Shown here in pieces: positions 1-14,000 of a stretch of 64,000 nucleotides of DNA. The notes under the pieces are model-generated. The model was given only the letters and a program-made list of their open reading frames with translations. It was not told the DNA's origin and ran no database searches. Source of the DNA: Podarcis vaucheri (Eukaryota); assembly GCA_965113315.1 (NCBI GenBank), contig OZ220369.1. One strand, written 5' to 3'. Positions within the stretch are counted from its first letter, which is position 1. Each line of letters starts with the position of its first letter. The translations under genes were made by a program, and so were the position numbers.

Positions 1-1848
1 TTCAGACTTATAGATTCTGCATTTGTGAGCACCTCAAAAAGTCAGCATGCCATTTTCTGTGCCTGGCTGATACTCGAGGATTGCCTAAAAGTATATATCT
101 TGAAGCTTCGAAATACAGTATGTGTTAAGGATAGACAATATACTGAGGAGTTTAACAATAAAGAGTAGAGTGTTTTGAAAATTGAAGTATGGTACCAATA
201 TTTTTATTGTAAACACCAAATTAAACATCTATTAACAATTTCTGTTAAAAATGTGATATTAACAGTGTTTCACTTAAGTGAATTGTGTATTAGTTCATGC
301 TTATCAAAATAATAAACAAAAAGTGTTGCCGACCCCTTCCCCCAAATGGCGACTAGACATTCTGTTTTGGCGCCCACAACCCAGGTTCCAGGAGCCATTT
401 GGCTCCTAGTTTTTCTATCCCAGTTTCTAACAATGGTTGCTGTACTAGGTATGCAGTAGAGTTTGTCTCACTTCCCATGGCACCATCAGTTAAACCCTCC
501 GTCACCGCCTTTTAAAAGAGGTGATCAAAGCCCTGCTCTGAAAGGGTGCAGTGGGATCTACTGGCTTAATGGGTTCCGTTCAAAGTATTTCGCCGTTGCC
601 CATACTAGACAATAAGGGTAGGGTTTTTTTTAAAAAATTGTTTATTTACTTTATGAAGTAATCAAAATACTCTACAACAAAACAAAGAGTTAGGTGGTGA
701 GTTGCTGTTTTAAATCCATAATACATGGTTCGATATGACATTGGGACATGAAGAGGTTCAATCCAAAATCAGACTAGAAAATAAGATCATTGTTTTCACA
801 GGAACAGAGAGAGCCAGTAATAGTGGATATCGGTATGCTGTCAGTACCAAATAAAAAATTGATGGGAACCTACCAGACATGAGATTGTTTCTTATTAAAC
901 ATCAAAAAACATGCACCGTGGAGTGGTTTAGTCCATTGGCTTGGTGCCTTGAGAAGCATGCATCAAATGGGTCAACTTTTCTGAAATTACAATAGGTATA
1001 GGGTCTTCTGAAACCAAAGGTGAGTGAGAGGTGACATGGTAGAAGTTCATAGAATGGCTCAGCTCTGCCTCCACAGTTGGAGAAAACAATGCTCATGAAT
1101 TCCAGTTGCTGGCTACCCTAGGAGTGGAGATTGCTCTGGTGCTCAAATTCTGTGTGAACAGGTCAAGATCCTGGACTAGATGGGCTCCCTTTAGCCTGAT
1201 CTAGCAGACTCCTGTAGTTTTATTATGAAAGAGGAGGTGGAGTGCTTGCTACATCTTGTTTTGAGATTTACCTTGGGGAAAACTCCAGCTAGTGCTTCTT
1301 CAGTGCTCTCCTGCTCGCTGTCTCATGCTTGTATCCTTATCTAGTGTGCACAGGGCTCCTTCACTGCATCGCTGCTATGCTCAATACTACTTTATCTAGG
1401 TTCAAAGGCTTGATATTGTCCAGCCATAGTAAGGAATAATCCCCACCCTTGGGTTGGCCAAACACATGCCTTCATTGGCTGGCAGCTGGGAAATGATTAT
1501 TTGGCAAGTCTGAACAGGATGGTATAGCTGGAGGGACAGACACAGAATGGGGCACCAAGGGGGTTGAAATGTTCTGCACTCTTGTCATTTGGAAAGGAAA
1601 ACAGCCATCCCTAAGAATCTCCAAAAGCCATCTTAGAGTGTGTTTGAATGAATCAGTCTTTTTAAGTGGCCACAAACTGAGTTTTCCTGTGGCTCTCAAC
1701 ATTGCAGTTTGTTCTGTATGGTTTCATTGGGGTTTTTAATAGTGTGATCTGGCCATCTAGTGTTAAGTAGTTTATTTTAGAACTTTTTGTGTAGATGTAC
1801 ATAAGCCACATTGTGATGGTTATACCTAAAAGGCAGTCTAAGAATTCC

Positions 1849-1850
<2 letters not shown>

Positions 1851-1883
<33 letters not shown>
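1851..1883. repeat. (AAT)n microsatellite
   Basis: Direct reading. Confidence 0.9.
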
Positions 1884-1884
<1 letters not shown>

Positions 1885-1963
1885 GAGTTCCATATCCGCT
1901 GCCCTCATTCTTCAAATAATGAATGCAGAAAGATGGAGATGGTTTTTGCAACTGAGAGATTTA

Positions 1964-2450
1964 CCGTATTTTTCGTCCCATAGGACGCACCTAGTTTTTT
2001 GGGGGGAAATAAAGGAATTCCCCCCCCCTTTATTTCTTCCCCAAAACCAGGTCAGGGAATCCAAACCAGGTCGGGGAACAGCAAGATGGCGGCGCTGCGC
2101 CTCCCCGCTGTCCCCCGAGCTTGTGGGGCTGCCCGATGTCTCCACGAAGTGCGGGGCGCTCTGCTTCAGCGCTCCCCGCGCTCTGTGCAGCAGGCTGCTA
2201 TCAGTAGCCTAGGGAGCCCTGCGGGAACTCCCGCAGGGCTCCCCAGGCTGCGGATGTCTGCCCGGCGTGCGGGGCGCTTGCTTCAGGGCGCCCACGCGCC
2301 GGGCAGCAGGCTGCTATCCGCAGCCTAGGGAGCCCTGCGGGAACTCCCGCGGGCTCCCCAGGCTTGCTGATAGCTTCCTGAAGCCTGGAGAGCGAGAGTG
2401 GTCGGTGTGGTTTGTCAGCGAAAGCCTGTATTCGCCCCATAGGATGCACA
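1964..2450 (-). mobile_element. Tc2/pogo-like MITE (CCGTATTTTTCG TIR), truncated
   Basis: TA-CCGTATTTTTCG terminus; reverse-complement homology to copies at 10357, 29029, 40127, 59290. Confidence 0.8.
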
Positions 2451-2995
2451 TGCAAAATAAATAGTGGGCAGGGCACAGGGGAGTCTTCTAGCACTGCTTG
2501 TTGATGCCTTGGAACAAAAACCAGTTGACATCTGCATAAAACCTCAGACAATACAAGGCATTTGGTTTTTCATCCCCTGGCTTTCAGAACCAGCATTTCA
2601 GAAATAAATTTATGCTGTTCAGCTTCAGGAATTGAGCACATTTTGAAAAAATGTCTAGACTTTTAAAGTGTCAGGCTCCTGGGAATTAACATTGAGGGTT
2701 GCTGTTACAAATAAAATGTAAGCACATAATGAGGATGGGTGTTAGAGAGTGAAATAGACCCAAATGCTGGTGCATATATAGAAACAACATACGCCCTTTT
2801 TCTCTGTAGCAGACAACCCTGTATAATGTACCAATCATTCTTGGCACTCTTGATGTTTAATGTACAGAACCAACGTGTGTTGGAAATTCTCATTTGTTGA
2901 TATCAACAGATGTTAGAATTCCTCAGTCATAGTAAATCTTGGCATGTTTGAAGTACTTTTGCATTCCAGGCCGTTGATCTTCAAATATCTTAGAT

Positions 2996-3156
2996 CAGCG
3001 GTGTCCAAACTTTTTTCAAAGAGGGCCAGATTTGATGAAGTGAAGGGCCGCAAGGGCTGGCCAAAGGGCCTTTTTTTAGGACTGAAGTTGTTATTTCCAG
3101 ATTAAACCAACCGACGGGCTGAATTAGGCCCCCGAAACGGACTTTGCCCATGCCTG
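2996..3156. mobile_element. hAT-type MITE
   Basis: CAG...CTG ends; 8-bp TSD tcttagat/ccttagat. Confidence 0.65.
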
Positions 3157-4511
3157 CCTTAGATGATTTATTTCCTCATGGGCATAAAGTTTATAAATAG
3201 TATTGTGCAACATAATGTGAATTAGATTTTGGGAATCACTAAGGAAACTGTGTTCCACAACATACATGGAGAAGAGAACCACGTTGATTCCATTGCCAAT
3301 CATTTCCTTAGAGAACTTGTCTCTTTTATACACTCTTTGTTGTTTTCTCGCATCTTTTCTTTTAAACCTGTTTGGGAGACGGATCTTAGAAGAGCAGTGG
3401 ATAATGTGCAGTGGAGGAAACCATGTCTCGCTCCCCCATTTAAATCTGCCTCCGCAAATATCCAAGAAAAATCTTTTTAAAATAGCCCATCAGTAGTTCT
3501 TTACATATAACTAGAGTCAGTTCTCCTGTGTATTGGAGGAGATGTAACAAAAAAAGACCCAGTTCACACATGTGGCATCTTACAAGTGTGTGCACAACCT
3601 TTGGGTAGAGGTCATGAAGGACTTTTCTGAAATAATAGGTGTGCTGGTTCCTTTAGACCCCAAACTGTGTCTTCTATCAATTTCTGATAAATCAAATATG
3701 GACTTAATATATGAAACACTTTTTTTTTTTGTTCATAACTGCTTGTTTGACCATATTGCAGGGCTGGAAGGAATCCTGGTTTTTCTTTAATCATTTGATT
3801 CAACAAAGTAAAGTTTATTCTCATTTCTGAGAAATGAAGTTATAAATTGAGGGTATCTTGGGGTTCACCTAAGCCTATGGATTTTGCCTCCGTTAGGTGG
3901 CCATTTGTTATTTAATATGACAGGCCAATCATGGTGGTGGCAAATCCTGATGAAATGTAGCGTGGCTTGGTATTCATAACATTTGTCTTGTACTCTCTCT
4001 GTATCAGGTTGGCTTTTGGTGTAACATCTAAATCAATGTGTACTTGAGAATGTACCTTATTTTATGAGGTAATGGTTGTGAATCCTGGATGTGTGGGGAG
4101 GTTGGTACTTTCCTCCCCTTTATTTAATTTCATATTTTCTACTGGATTGTTACTTCACTGTCATGATAAAGTCTTGGAAAATTAAATGGTAAATGGCTAT
4201 CTAAAAATGGTCAAATGCAGTGAATTAGTAGAATGAGAACTGTGAAGCCTCAGTACTTAGACACAATTCTCAATTTTTAAAACAACTTGCACAAATTAAA
4301 TATTTGGCTTATTCAGGTTCAGATTGTGTGTCCGGGCCTACAAACATGGTTGGCAGAACTACCTAAAGGAGCCCACTGAACTGGAGGCCTTGGAAGTCCT
4401 GATCCCAGGACGGAGCTGGTATTTAATGTGGTGGTGGTATTTAGAAGAGTCTCTGGGCTATGTGAGTTTGGAAACAGGGTTCCTTCCAGGTTTCCCTTTG
4501 AATTGCTATTA

Positions 4512-4699
4512 CAGTGGTACCTCGGATTGCAGACGGAATCCGTTCCAGAGCTTTGGTCGGATCCTGAGGTTTCCGCAACCAGAGGGACCGCTTCTGCACA
4601 TGTGCTCGCAGCGAAACCCGGAAAAATATTTCCGGATTTGCCACATCCATATCCCGAAGGATACGTAACCGGAGGTGAATGTAAGTAGAGGTACCACTG
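4512..4699. mobile_element. Tigger/mariner-like MITE (CAGTGGTACCTC TIR)
   Basis: TA-CAGTGGTACCTC...GAGGTACCACTG. Confidence 0.8.
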
Positions 4700-4928
4700 T
4701 GCTTTCAAAGGGCTGGAATAGGAGAATGAAAATCTGGTGTTTGCTTCCTATAAGGTGGCAACACAGTTCTTTTAGAGTGTGGTTTTCATCCCCAAGCAAA
4801 ATGTCAGGGTTTCAAGGTTTGTGTTTTGCTTCCCCATGCCTGCATTTTTACTAGCAGGTGCCCTTAAAGGAAGTCCCACCAGAAATATAAAATAAAATAA
4901 TCAAGCTCTCCTCTTTGGTTTGTTACAG

Positions 4929-5075
4929 AGTCTAGCCCAGCTAGAGAACCTGTGCAAGCAACTGTATGAGACAACCGACACCACAACACGGCTCCAGGCG
5001 GAGAAAGCCTTGGTTGAGTTTACCAACAGTCCAGACTGCTTGAACAAGTGCCAGCTTCTCCTTGAAAGAGGGAGT
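4929..5075 (+). CDS. XPO7: XPO7 exon 2
   Basis: ttacag|AGT..AGT|gtacgt; [14 protein letters not shown]. Confidence 0.95.
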
Positions 5076-8000
5076 GTACGTAGGCAGAGAAACCCACCAC
5101 CCTGCTTTCAAACCACCTAAAGTGTTCTCTGGGTATTTGCCTGAGCTCATGGCTTGGTACAGAAAAGCACTGCAGGGGTCCTGCTGGCGTGCTCTCTCCT
5201 CTGCTCTGCTTACAGCCATGAACTTGAGAACTGATCACTATTGGGTCTCCTTCTGCTTTCTTTTGGAGTAATTTGCACAGAACATCTTGGTCCTTTCTCA
5301 GGGCTTTCTATTTAAAATACTTCTAAAGCACTATAAAGGAAGTTGAGTGGAACTATTTCAGAAGAGCCAGTGTGGTGTAGTGGTTAAGAGCGGTAGTCAC
5401 GTAATCTGGGGAACCGGGTTCGCGTCTCCGCTCCCCCACATGCAGCTGCTGGGTGACCTTGGGCCAGTCACACTTCTTTGAAGTCTCTCAGCCCCACTCA
5501 CCTCACAGAGTGTTTGTTGTGGGGGTGGAAGGGAAAGGAGATTGTTAGCCGCTTTGAGACTCCTGAAGGGGAGTGAAAGGCGGGATATCAAATCCAAATC
5601 CAATTAATGTGGTCCACTCTTGAATGATAGTTCATAAGATTCATTGCAGACCAGCATGAGAATTGAGGCACCTCCAGCAGACTTCCACAGTTCCTAGCCT
5701 TGAACACCTCCTGTGATAAATCCTTGTGCTCTTCTTACACACTCTTTCCTCCAATATACACGACAGTCTTTCCTGTGAATGCATCTGAGGATCAGACCCT
5801 CCTGTCTGTCATGGACTGGCTGAATGCAGAGGAATGGTGGAAGGCACCAGCTGGGGTACACCCAAGGAAAGAGAGGGCTCAGAGGCACGGGATTGGTGGT
5901 GGGATGACATTGAATGGCCAGAGGGAGAAGAGGGAGCGGACTAGGAGGAGGAGGTGTCAGAAGCTGAAGTGGTAACGGTTTAGCGAACAGGAAGAAGCTG
6001 TGACAGAGAGCAGTCCAGAATCGGGCAGAAGCAGAGGCTGGAGAGGAGGGGGACTGAGACACCCAGATGAGGCAGGGAGTCTTCCGCCCAGGTCTCCTAG
6101 AACCCATAGAGGTATGAAGAGGCTGGAGCAAAGACAGACAAGGCGAATAAGTCTCAAGTTGCTTGGGAAGGTGGGGACCTGCAGTCCTCACTACTGCCTC
6201 ATTGGGACAAGGCCTACTGGGAAGATTTGCTGTGTTCACTAGGCCAGAGCTGCTTTCATTTCTTTGAATACAGAGTTTACTTCACTGACATATTGTAAAT
6301 TACTGCTGACCGGCTCCCAGTTCATGCCTTAACACTGCATCACCAGTGTGAACATACTTACATCCTTGACCTTTGACAATCACTTGGGAAGCTTTGTCCC
6401 GTCCTGCTTTTGCCTACAATTTAACCATTTGCTTTCTGTTTGTGTTTTACAGTCATCTTACTCCCAGTTATTGGCAGCTACATGCCTTACGAAACTGGTG
6501 TCACGCACAAACAACCCTTTGCCCTTGGAACAGCGAATAGATATACGTAAGTAGAAGAAGAGAGCCAGCATGCCCAAGACCAAAATCAATTACATGAGGA
6601 GTTTATAAGATGCCCATGGTATTAAAAGAGGACGCCAAAATCTGCAGTTGGGCAAACCAAAATATCAAAAACGTGCAGCAAGCTTTTGAGTTCTCCTGAG
6701 CTTTTCATCAAACAAGATGTTACACAGGGGAGAAAAGTGAGGAGAAAAAGGGTACAAGCACAAGGCTGATGTTGTAGCATTAAGATCAGCTTGGAGGCCC
6801 AGGTCCAAGATAGTGGTGACTAGCTGAATAAATCTCTCCCGAGTGTTGCAGATACTAGGTTGCACACCTAGGATTCTGGGATAAAGAAACAATGGCTGCT
6901 CCTCATCACTAAGAAACTGACGTTGGGCGTGTAATCCAAACCAGTGATGATAAACCTTTGGCCCTCCATATGTTCTTGTACTACAGTTCCCATCGGCTCC
7001 ATTGATCCCAGTGGTCAGGGATGATGGGGTTTGTTGTAGTATGCAGCATCTGGAAGGCTGCAGGTTCCCCCTCCCAAATCTTAAATGAAGCACGCATGTT
7101 CCCAAGCAGAACATCTAAACTTCAGTTTATCTGAGAGAGGGGTCAGCCAATGTTACATCATCCCCAGATCTGAAGTGTGTAACCTGCTAAGTGTAGCACT
7201 TGGGAGGGACTTATTCAGCCTTAATTTCTGGCTTAATTTCTGCGCAAGTATCTGTAACCCAAGGTATGACTGTACTTCGAAAAGGTACCAACCCTTTATA
7301 GCCCAAAAGCCTTCCTGAAAAGGAAGATTATGTTCATCCCATGGAAGGCCGCTAGAGGGGGCAAGATGAGTGTCCCTTGTGGAGGAATTGCAGAGCCACT
7401 CACAGAGAAGCAACCAGGCAGAAGCCCCACTCTCCCTGGTCCCAACTAAACATATCTCTGGGGCGGTTGATACTCACACAGCAGGGCCTCTGACACTCGT
7501 CAGCAGGTGGGCAGGTCCACACAGGAAAAGATCATCCTTCGGAAATTCTGGTCCCAAATCATAAAAGGCTTTCAAAGTCATCGCAAGCACTTTGAATTAG
7601 GCCCAGAAGCAACTTGGGAAGCCAGCTTGGCTGTGTCAGTAAGGCGGCGGCATGCTTTGTCTTGGCAGCCCCTCTTCAGCAGCCTGGCCGCGGCATTGTG
7701 GAACAATTGTAGCCTCTGAGCCCTTTTCAAAGGCAGCCATACGTAGGGAACTCTTTGTAGTAACCTAAACATAAATGGGTGGTATTCAACTAAGTTTTGC
7801 TCAAGTGTATAGACCCACCGAAATTAATGAACATGATTAAGTGAGGTCCATGAATGTCGGTGGGTCGGAGGTTAGTTGAATACTAGCCAGTGTATTTATG
7901 CGTCACCCTGAGCAAGTCTTTCCTCAAGAAACTTGCTTTGAGGTTACTGTAGGTAGATAGAGTAACTTCTGGCTAATGACAGAGAAGTGGACATTTAACC

Positions 8001-9186
8001 TCAGAAGGGTCTGGATCCTTCCAGAGCCAGATGTTTCCCCCCTCACCATTTCCTTTCCCAACACATTCCATATGTGGTGTGGGGTCCTCAACATATAGCA
8101 AGTAGCATGTGCATGCCTGTGTAAAAAGGTAAAGGGGCCCCTGACCATTAGGTCCAGTCGTGGCCGACTCTGGGGTTGCGGCGCTCATCTCGCTTTATTG
8201 GCCGAGGGAGTCGGTGTACAGCTTCCGGGTCATGTAGCCAGCATGACTAAGCCGCTTCTGGCGAACCAGAGCAGCGCACGGAAACGCCGTTTACCTTCCC
8301 GCCGGAGCGGTACCTATTTATCTACTTGCACTTTGACTGCTTTCAAACTGCTAGGTTGGCAGGAGCAGGGACCGAGCAACGGGAGCTCACCCCGTCGCGG
8401 GGATTCGAACCGCCGACCTTCTGATCGGCAAGTCCTCGGCTCTCGTGGTTTAACCCACAGCGCCACCCGCGTCCCGCATGCCTGTGTAGAAATTACAATA
8501 GATGTCCCACTTACTCCTTGGTTTGATATTATGTAGTCGCCAGGGACACCCAACAGGCACAGCTATAGAAGCATAGTCCAAGCCCCTGTGGTGGCTTTTC
8601 TGTGTTGCTGCAGCAGGGGGGAAGGTTGTTTCAAAAGGTCAGCTTCAGGAGATGCTTTATTTATCAGTTTTTGGCTCCTGTCTTTGCCATTCTGCTTCAT
8701 CTGGATGTTTCCGTGTCTTTCAGGGAACTACGTGCTCAACTACCTTGCCACCAGACCCAAGCTGGCCACTTTCGTTACGCAGGCACTAATTCAGCTCTAC
8801 GCCAGGATCACAAAGCTGGGCTGGTTTGACTGTCAGAAAGATGAATATGTTTTCAGAAACGTCATCACTGACGTCACAAGGTTTTTACAGGTTGGCCGTT
8901 TCCTCCAGCCCACCCATCCCACTTGGCGTATGTAGTGGTTTAACCAAGAAGCTTCCCAGGATGCCATCAGACAGTCGCCACCAACCTAACGCTCTCTAGC
9001 TGTTTTGGACTGTAATTCCCAGCCAGCAAGGCCATTTGGCACTGGGGCTGATGGAAAACCCTTCAAGGTGGTTTGCGACAATAAATTAAAATAATGAAAC
9101 ACAGTCATAGAGAGTACCCAAAATATTAAAACAAAAAACCATCAATGCACAGTACAGAATCACTTCTGCCCAAGGGATCTTAATTG

Positions 9187-9251
<65 letters not shown>

Positions 9252-11064
9252 ACATTTGTCATCTTGCTGCTTTGACCTCTCTTGTCATTCAGTCTGACTC
9301 TGCCTGTTCCTTCTCCAGGACAGTGTAGAACACTGCATCATAGGAGTGACAATCCTGTCTCAGCTAACGAATGAAATTAATCAAGTAAGTGCCTCAGCCT
9401 TCGCCAGTAAACTCAGTGTCAACGCTTCTCCTTTGGATTGCTGCTGTATGTTATGCACCGATTTCATGTCCTTTGGTGGTAAGAAATTGAGCACTCCCTC
9501 CAGAGACTAGTCTCTGCTGTCTCAGGCTTCGTTTACACCTCTTCCCTATCCAGAGACTCAGAAGGGCACTGCTTTCTATGAAAAGCATTAACTGATGGCA
9601 GAGTTCTTCCTCAGCCAAAAGTCCTCATTTCTTCAGTAAGAATGGCAAAGCCACTCTTTGCAAAATTGCAAATAATCACCCTCTTCCTCCAGCTTCTCCT
9701 TTCCCGGCATTTAGATGGCTCAGCCTGCCCCCCATGCAAAGGAGACAGTCAACCTCAGTCGGGAAACTTGGGCATTCCCTGAATGCTGCCAGGCTGTCAC
9801 AGTTTTGTTTTTCAGAACTGTAAATGATTAAACGGACTTCTAAGTTCTTAGCTGGGATTCCTGCGTTGCAGGCTGTTAGACTAGATGGCCTTTGGATTCC
9901 CTTCAAACCCTAGAATTCTATGAAATTAGTACTGTAGGCGGTTAGCATGCTTTATTTACTGGCAGAGGGCAGTATATGGGGTGTTCTGCTGTTTCGTGTT
10001 TTTCCTTTATTGAGATGGTTACTTTGACTCTGCACTCTTTAACAGACACTTGAGTTCTAATGATCTCTTTCTCTCTCTCTATCTCTCTTTCCCTGCTCCC
10101 CACCCCACGCAGGCAGACACTACACACCCACTGACCAAGCACAGGAAAATAGCCTCTTCATTCCGAGATTCATCTTTGTTTGATATTTTCACTCTCTCGT
10201 GCAATTTACTAAAACAGGTGATGTGGGAACAACATTTTTTGGTGGGGGGTGGGTGGAATTTTGAACTATGTTTTCTTCTAGCTGTGGGTTTAGGACCCTG
10301 AAATTGCTTCTGTGAAGAATGCTCTGTCATGCAAACACCTGCGTGGTTTTAAATTACCGTATTTTTCGCCCTATAGGACGCACTTTTCCCCCTCCAAAAA
10401 TGAAGGGGAAATGTGTGTGCGTCCTATGGGGCGAATGCAGGCTTTCCCGGGCTTCCTGCAGCTCTGCGCCACCCTCTGGATCCTGGCGCGAAGCCACGCG
10501 GGGCTCCGGAGGGTAGCGCAGAGCTGCCTGCATTCCGAAGCCTGTTGCGCGCTGAAGAGCCACCCCCCCGGGCTTCGCACACCTCTCCGCAAGCCTGGGG
10601 AGACCAGCGCGGCTCCCTAGGCTTGCAGATAGCAGGCTGTTCTGGGGGCTGGGGTTGGGGGAAGCTTGGGCTTCCCCCGCGCCTGCCCCGTGCCTGGGGA
10701 GGGAAATTTTTTTTTTCTTTATTCCCCCCCCAAAAAAAAAAATTAGGTGCGTCCTATGGGGCAGTGCGTCCTATGGGGCGAAAAATGCGGTAGCTGAGCT
10801 GTATTGACGAGAAATTTAGCTGTCCTGAAAAGGGAACTACAGCATAACAACAACAACAACAACAATAATAATAATAATAATAATTAATAATAATAATACC
10901 TTTATTGCCAATGTACAACCTGTGTACAATGAAATTAACCAAGCCTCCCCCCCCCCACTCAATCAATCTCATTGCACTTTGTGTGCTTGTCGCACATTAG
11001 TGTTCAATGTTTTATTATGTTTTTATATGTGTTGGATATAAAACCCAACCAGATGGGCAGGGTA

Positions 11065-11099
<35 letters not shown>

Positions 11100-14000
11100 A
11101 AGCATTATTATTACTTATTAAAACTGAGCTCCACAGGAAATAAAGCTTTTACTTTTTCTTTTACTGTAAGATTGGGACATTCCAGTGTTTCTGGTAGCGG
11201 AGCCCTGAGATGAAACCTTTTTGCTTTCCCACTCCAGGATTCCCTTTTCCTTTAGGCTTGGCAGCTGTCTTGAACTCTGCCCAGTAACAGATGTGGTTTT
11301 CCATTCTATTTTTCTTCTTTTGGTAGGCTTCAGGGAAAAACCTGAACCTGAACGATGAAAGCCAGCACGGCCTCCTCATGCAGCTTCTCAAGCTCACACA
11401 CAACTGCCTAAACTTCGACTTCATTGGTACATCCACGGATGAGTCCTCAGATGACCTTTGCACCGTGCAGATCCCCACCAGCTGGAGATCAGGTAAAGCG
11501 CCTTTCTTCCCTGCTCTGGCCCAGCCGTGAGAGGCCTTGGGAACTGAGCTGTGAGAGGGGAACTTGATCAGTAGCAGGTGTGACTTTGCAAGCTGTGCGC
11601 AGTCTTCCCATCCTCTTTGAGTGACCAGAGTGCTGACAGATCCCCAATTCAAGTATTCCTGTGCTGGAGCTATTGAGAGTTGTACAGTGGTACCTCGGGT
11701 TAAGAACTTAATTCGTTCTGGAGGTCTGTTCTTAACCTAAAACTGTTCTTAACCTGAAGCACCACTTTAGCTAATGGGGCCTCCTGCTGCCGCGCCGCGG
11801 GAGCACGATTTCTGTTCTCATCCTGAAGCAAAGTTCTTAATCTGAGGTAATAGTTCTGGGTTAGCGGAGTCTGTAACCTGAAGCATATGTAACCCGAGGT
11901 ACCACTGTAGTCCAAAACAGGCAGACTGCACCAGGTTGGCACAAGTGAAGTGCTTTGAATGCTCCACGCTGTAGCTTGTGTGGATAAAGATGAGTATGGA
12001 ACTGTAAAATGTCTAGAAATTGTTGCCTGAGTTTTGATTTTTTAAAATACAGTCATACTTCGGGTTGAAGTTGCTTCAGGTTGAGTGCTTTTGGGTTGCG
12101 CTCCGCGGCGACCCAGAAGTAACGGAACACATTGCTTACGGGTTTCTCCTCTCGCGCATGCGCAGACAGTCAAAATGACGTCATGCGCGGAAACAGCAAC
12201 ACGCGCCGACACGGGTTGTGTTTACTTCAGGATGCGAACGGGGCTCTGGAACGGATCCCATTCGTATCCAGAGGTACCAGTGTACTTACTTTCCTCTTCC
12301 CTCCCTGTCCCCTTTCCCTTCCATGTGGTGAATGAATGGGTGGATGTTTAGTGCAACTTTTACCATCCTGGTGCCTCCTCTAGGTTTTGGACTGACACTC
12401 GCATTGACTGCAACTGGCCCGCAATGTAGTGGGGGCAGTGTTGGGAGCACAGCCCCACATGCTGAGGTTGATGGGAATTGTAGTCCCAAACGTACTGAGT
12501 GCACCAGGTTGAAGAGGGCTAGTTTAGTAGAAGCTTCGAAAACAAGAAGCATAAGATGGCACTTTTACACAAGGCTGTACTTGATAGTTGCTACTCGGTT
12601 CATGCCAATTAAAAAAATTCTCTCCAGAATGACCGCCTCCCTCAGTGGGGAACCAGCATGGGGTGGGGAAAATCTTTCAGCAGAAACATTCTGCAAATAG
12701 CATTGGTTTTCTTTTTGTTGTTGTCTTAGAAAGAAAACAGTTTGCTTCTGCATGCTAGGTTCATTCAGCAGCAGCTGCTGAATATTAGAGAATTTTCTTA
12801 ATGTTTGTACAGTGGGACCTCTGGTTGCGAACGGGATCCGTTCCGGAGGCCCGTTCTCAACATGAAAAGCCTGCAACTTGAAGCGCCATATCTGCGCAGG
12901 TGCACAACGTGATTTGGTGCTTGTGCGCATGCGCAAAGCGCGATTTAGCACTACTGCACATGTGCAAACAGTGAAACCCGGAAGTAACCCTTTCTGGTAC
13001 TTCTGGGTCGCCGCAGGACGTAACCTGAAAAAACGTAACATGAAGCAAACATAACATGGAGGTATGACTATACTGAAGTCTGAAAGCTCTGTGTTTCCAC
13101 TTTCAGCTCTGGGTGGGCGGTGATGTTTAAAATTTCTATACCATCTTCATCCGAGGATCACAGGGCGGTTTACAATAGGAAAACACAGAAATACACCCCA
13201 CAGTAACAAACAAAAACACACACAGTTTAAAAGGCCATGGTCTGGGAGTAGAGGAATGTTTTTGCCTGGTGCCTGAAGATACGTAACAAATATAGCAGGC
13301 AAGCTTCCCTAGGGAAAGCATTCCACATGCAGGGAACCACTTTTTATGTATGGATAACTCCTGCTTTGCTTCCTTGTGACAGATCAGCTTTAAGTCGAAG
13401 CCTCATTTCACACTGAATTTAAGCCAAGTTATTTGTGACATGAGAAGAACCACTCATGGATCTCCTGAGGTCTTTCAGCATCTTTAAAAGCTGTTGAGAG
13501 TGGGGATTAGGGCCGTGGCGCTGCAGATTGGCCTCCAGTTTTAGAATCTTAGAGTTGGAAGGCCTTCTAGTCCAACGCCCTGTAATGCAGGAATCTTATA
13601 ATCATAGAGTTGGAAGAGACCACAAGGGCCATTGAGTCCAACCCCCTGCCAAGCAGGAAACACCATCAGAGCACTCCTGACATATGGCTGTCAAGCCTCT
13701 GCTTAAAGACCTCCAAAGAAGGAGACTCCACCACATGCCTTGGCAGCAAATTCCACTGTCAAACAGCTCTTACTGTCAGGAAGTTCTTCCTAATGTTTAG
13801 GTGGAATCTTCTTTCTTGTAGTTTGGATCCATTGCTCCGTGTCCGCTTCTCTGGAGCAGCAGAAAACAACCTTTCTCCCTCCTCTATGTGACATCCTTTT
13901 ATATATTTGAACATGGCTATCATATCACCCCTTAACCTCTTCTTCTCCAGGCTAAACATGCCCAGCTCCCTTAGCCGTTCCTCATAAGGCATCGTTTCCA

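Noticed and set aside
1-4928. XPO7 exon 1 or promoter
   Set aside because: No MADHVQ-coding exon or genuine CpG promoter seen; the CpG-rich patch at about 2050-2400 is MITE interior
5363-5440. tRNA gene candidates (A/B boxes here and in other SINE heads)
   Set aside because: They continue into SINE bodies with tails and are repeated; no full cloverleaf
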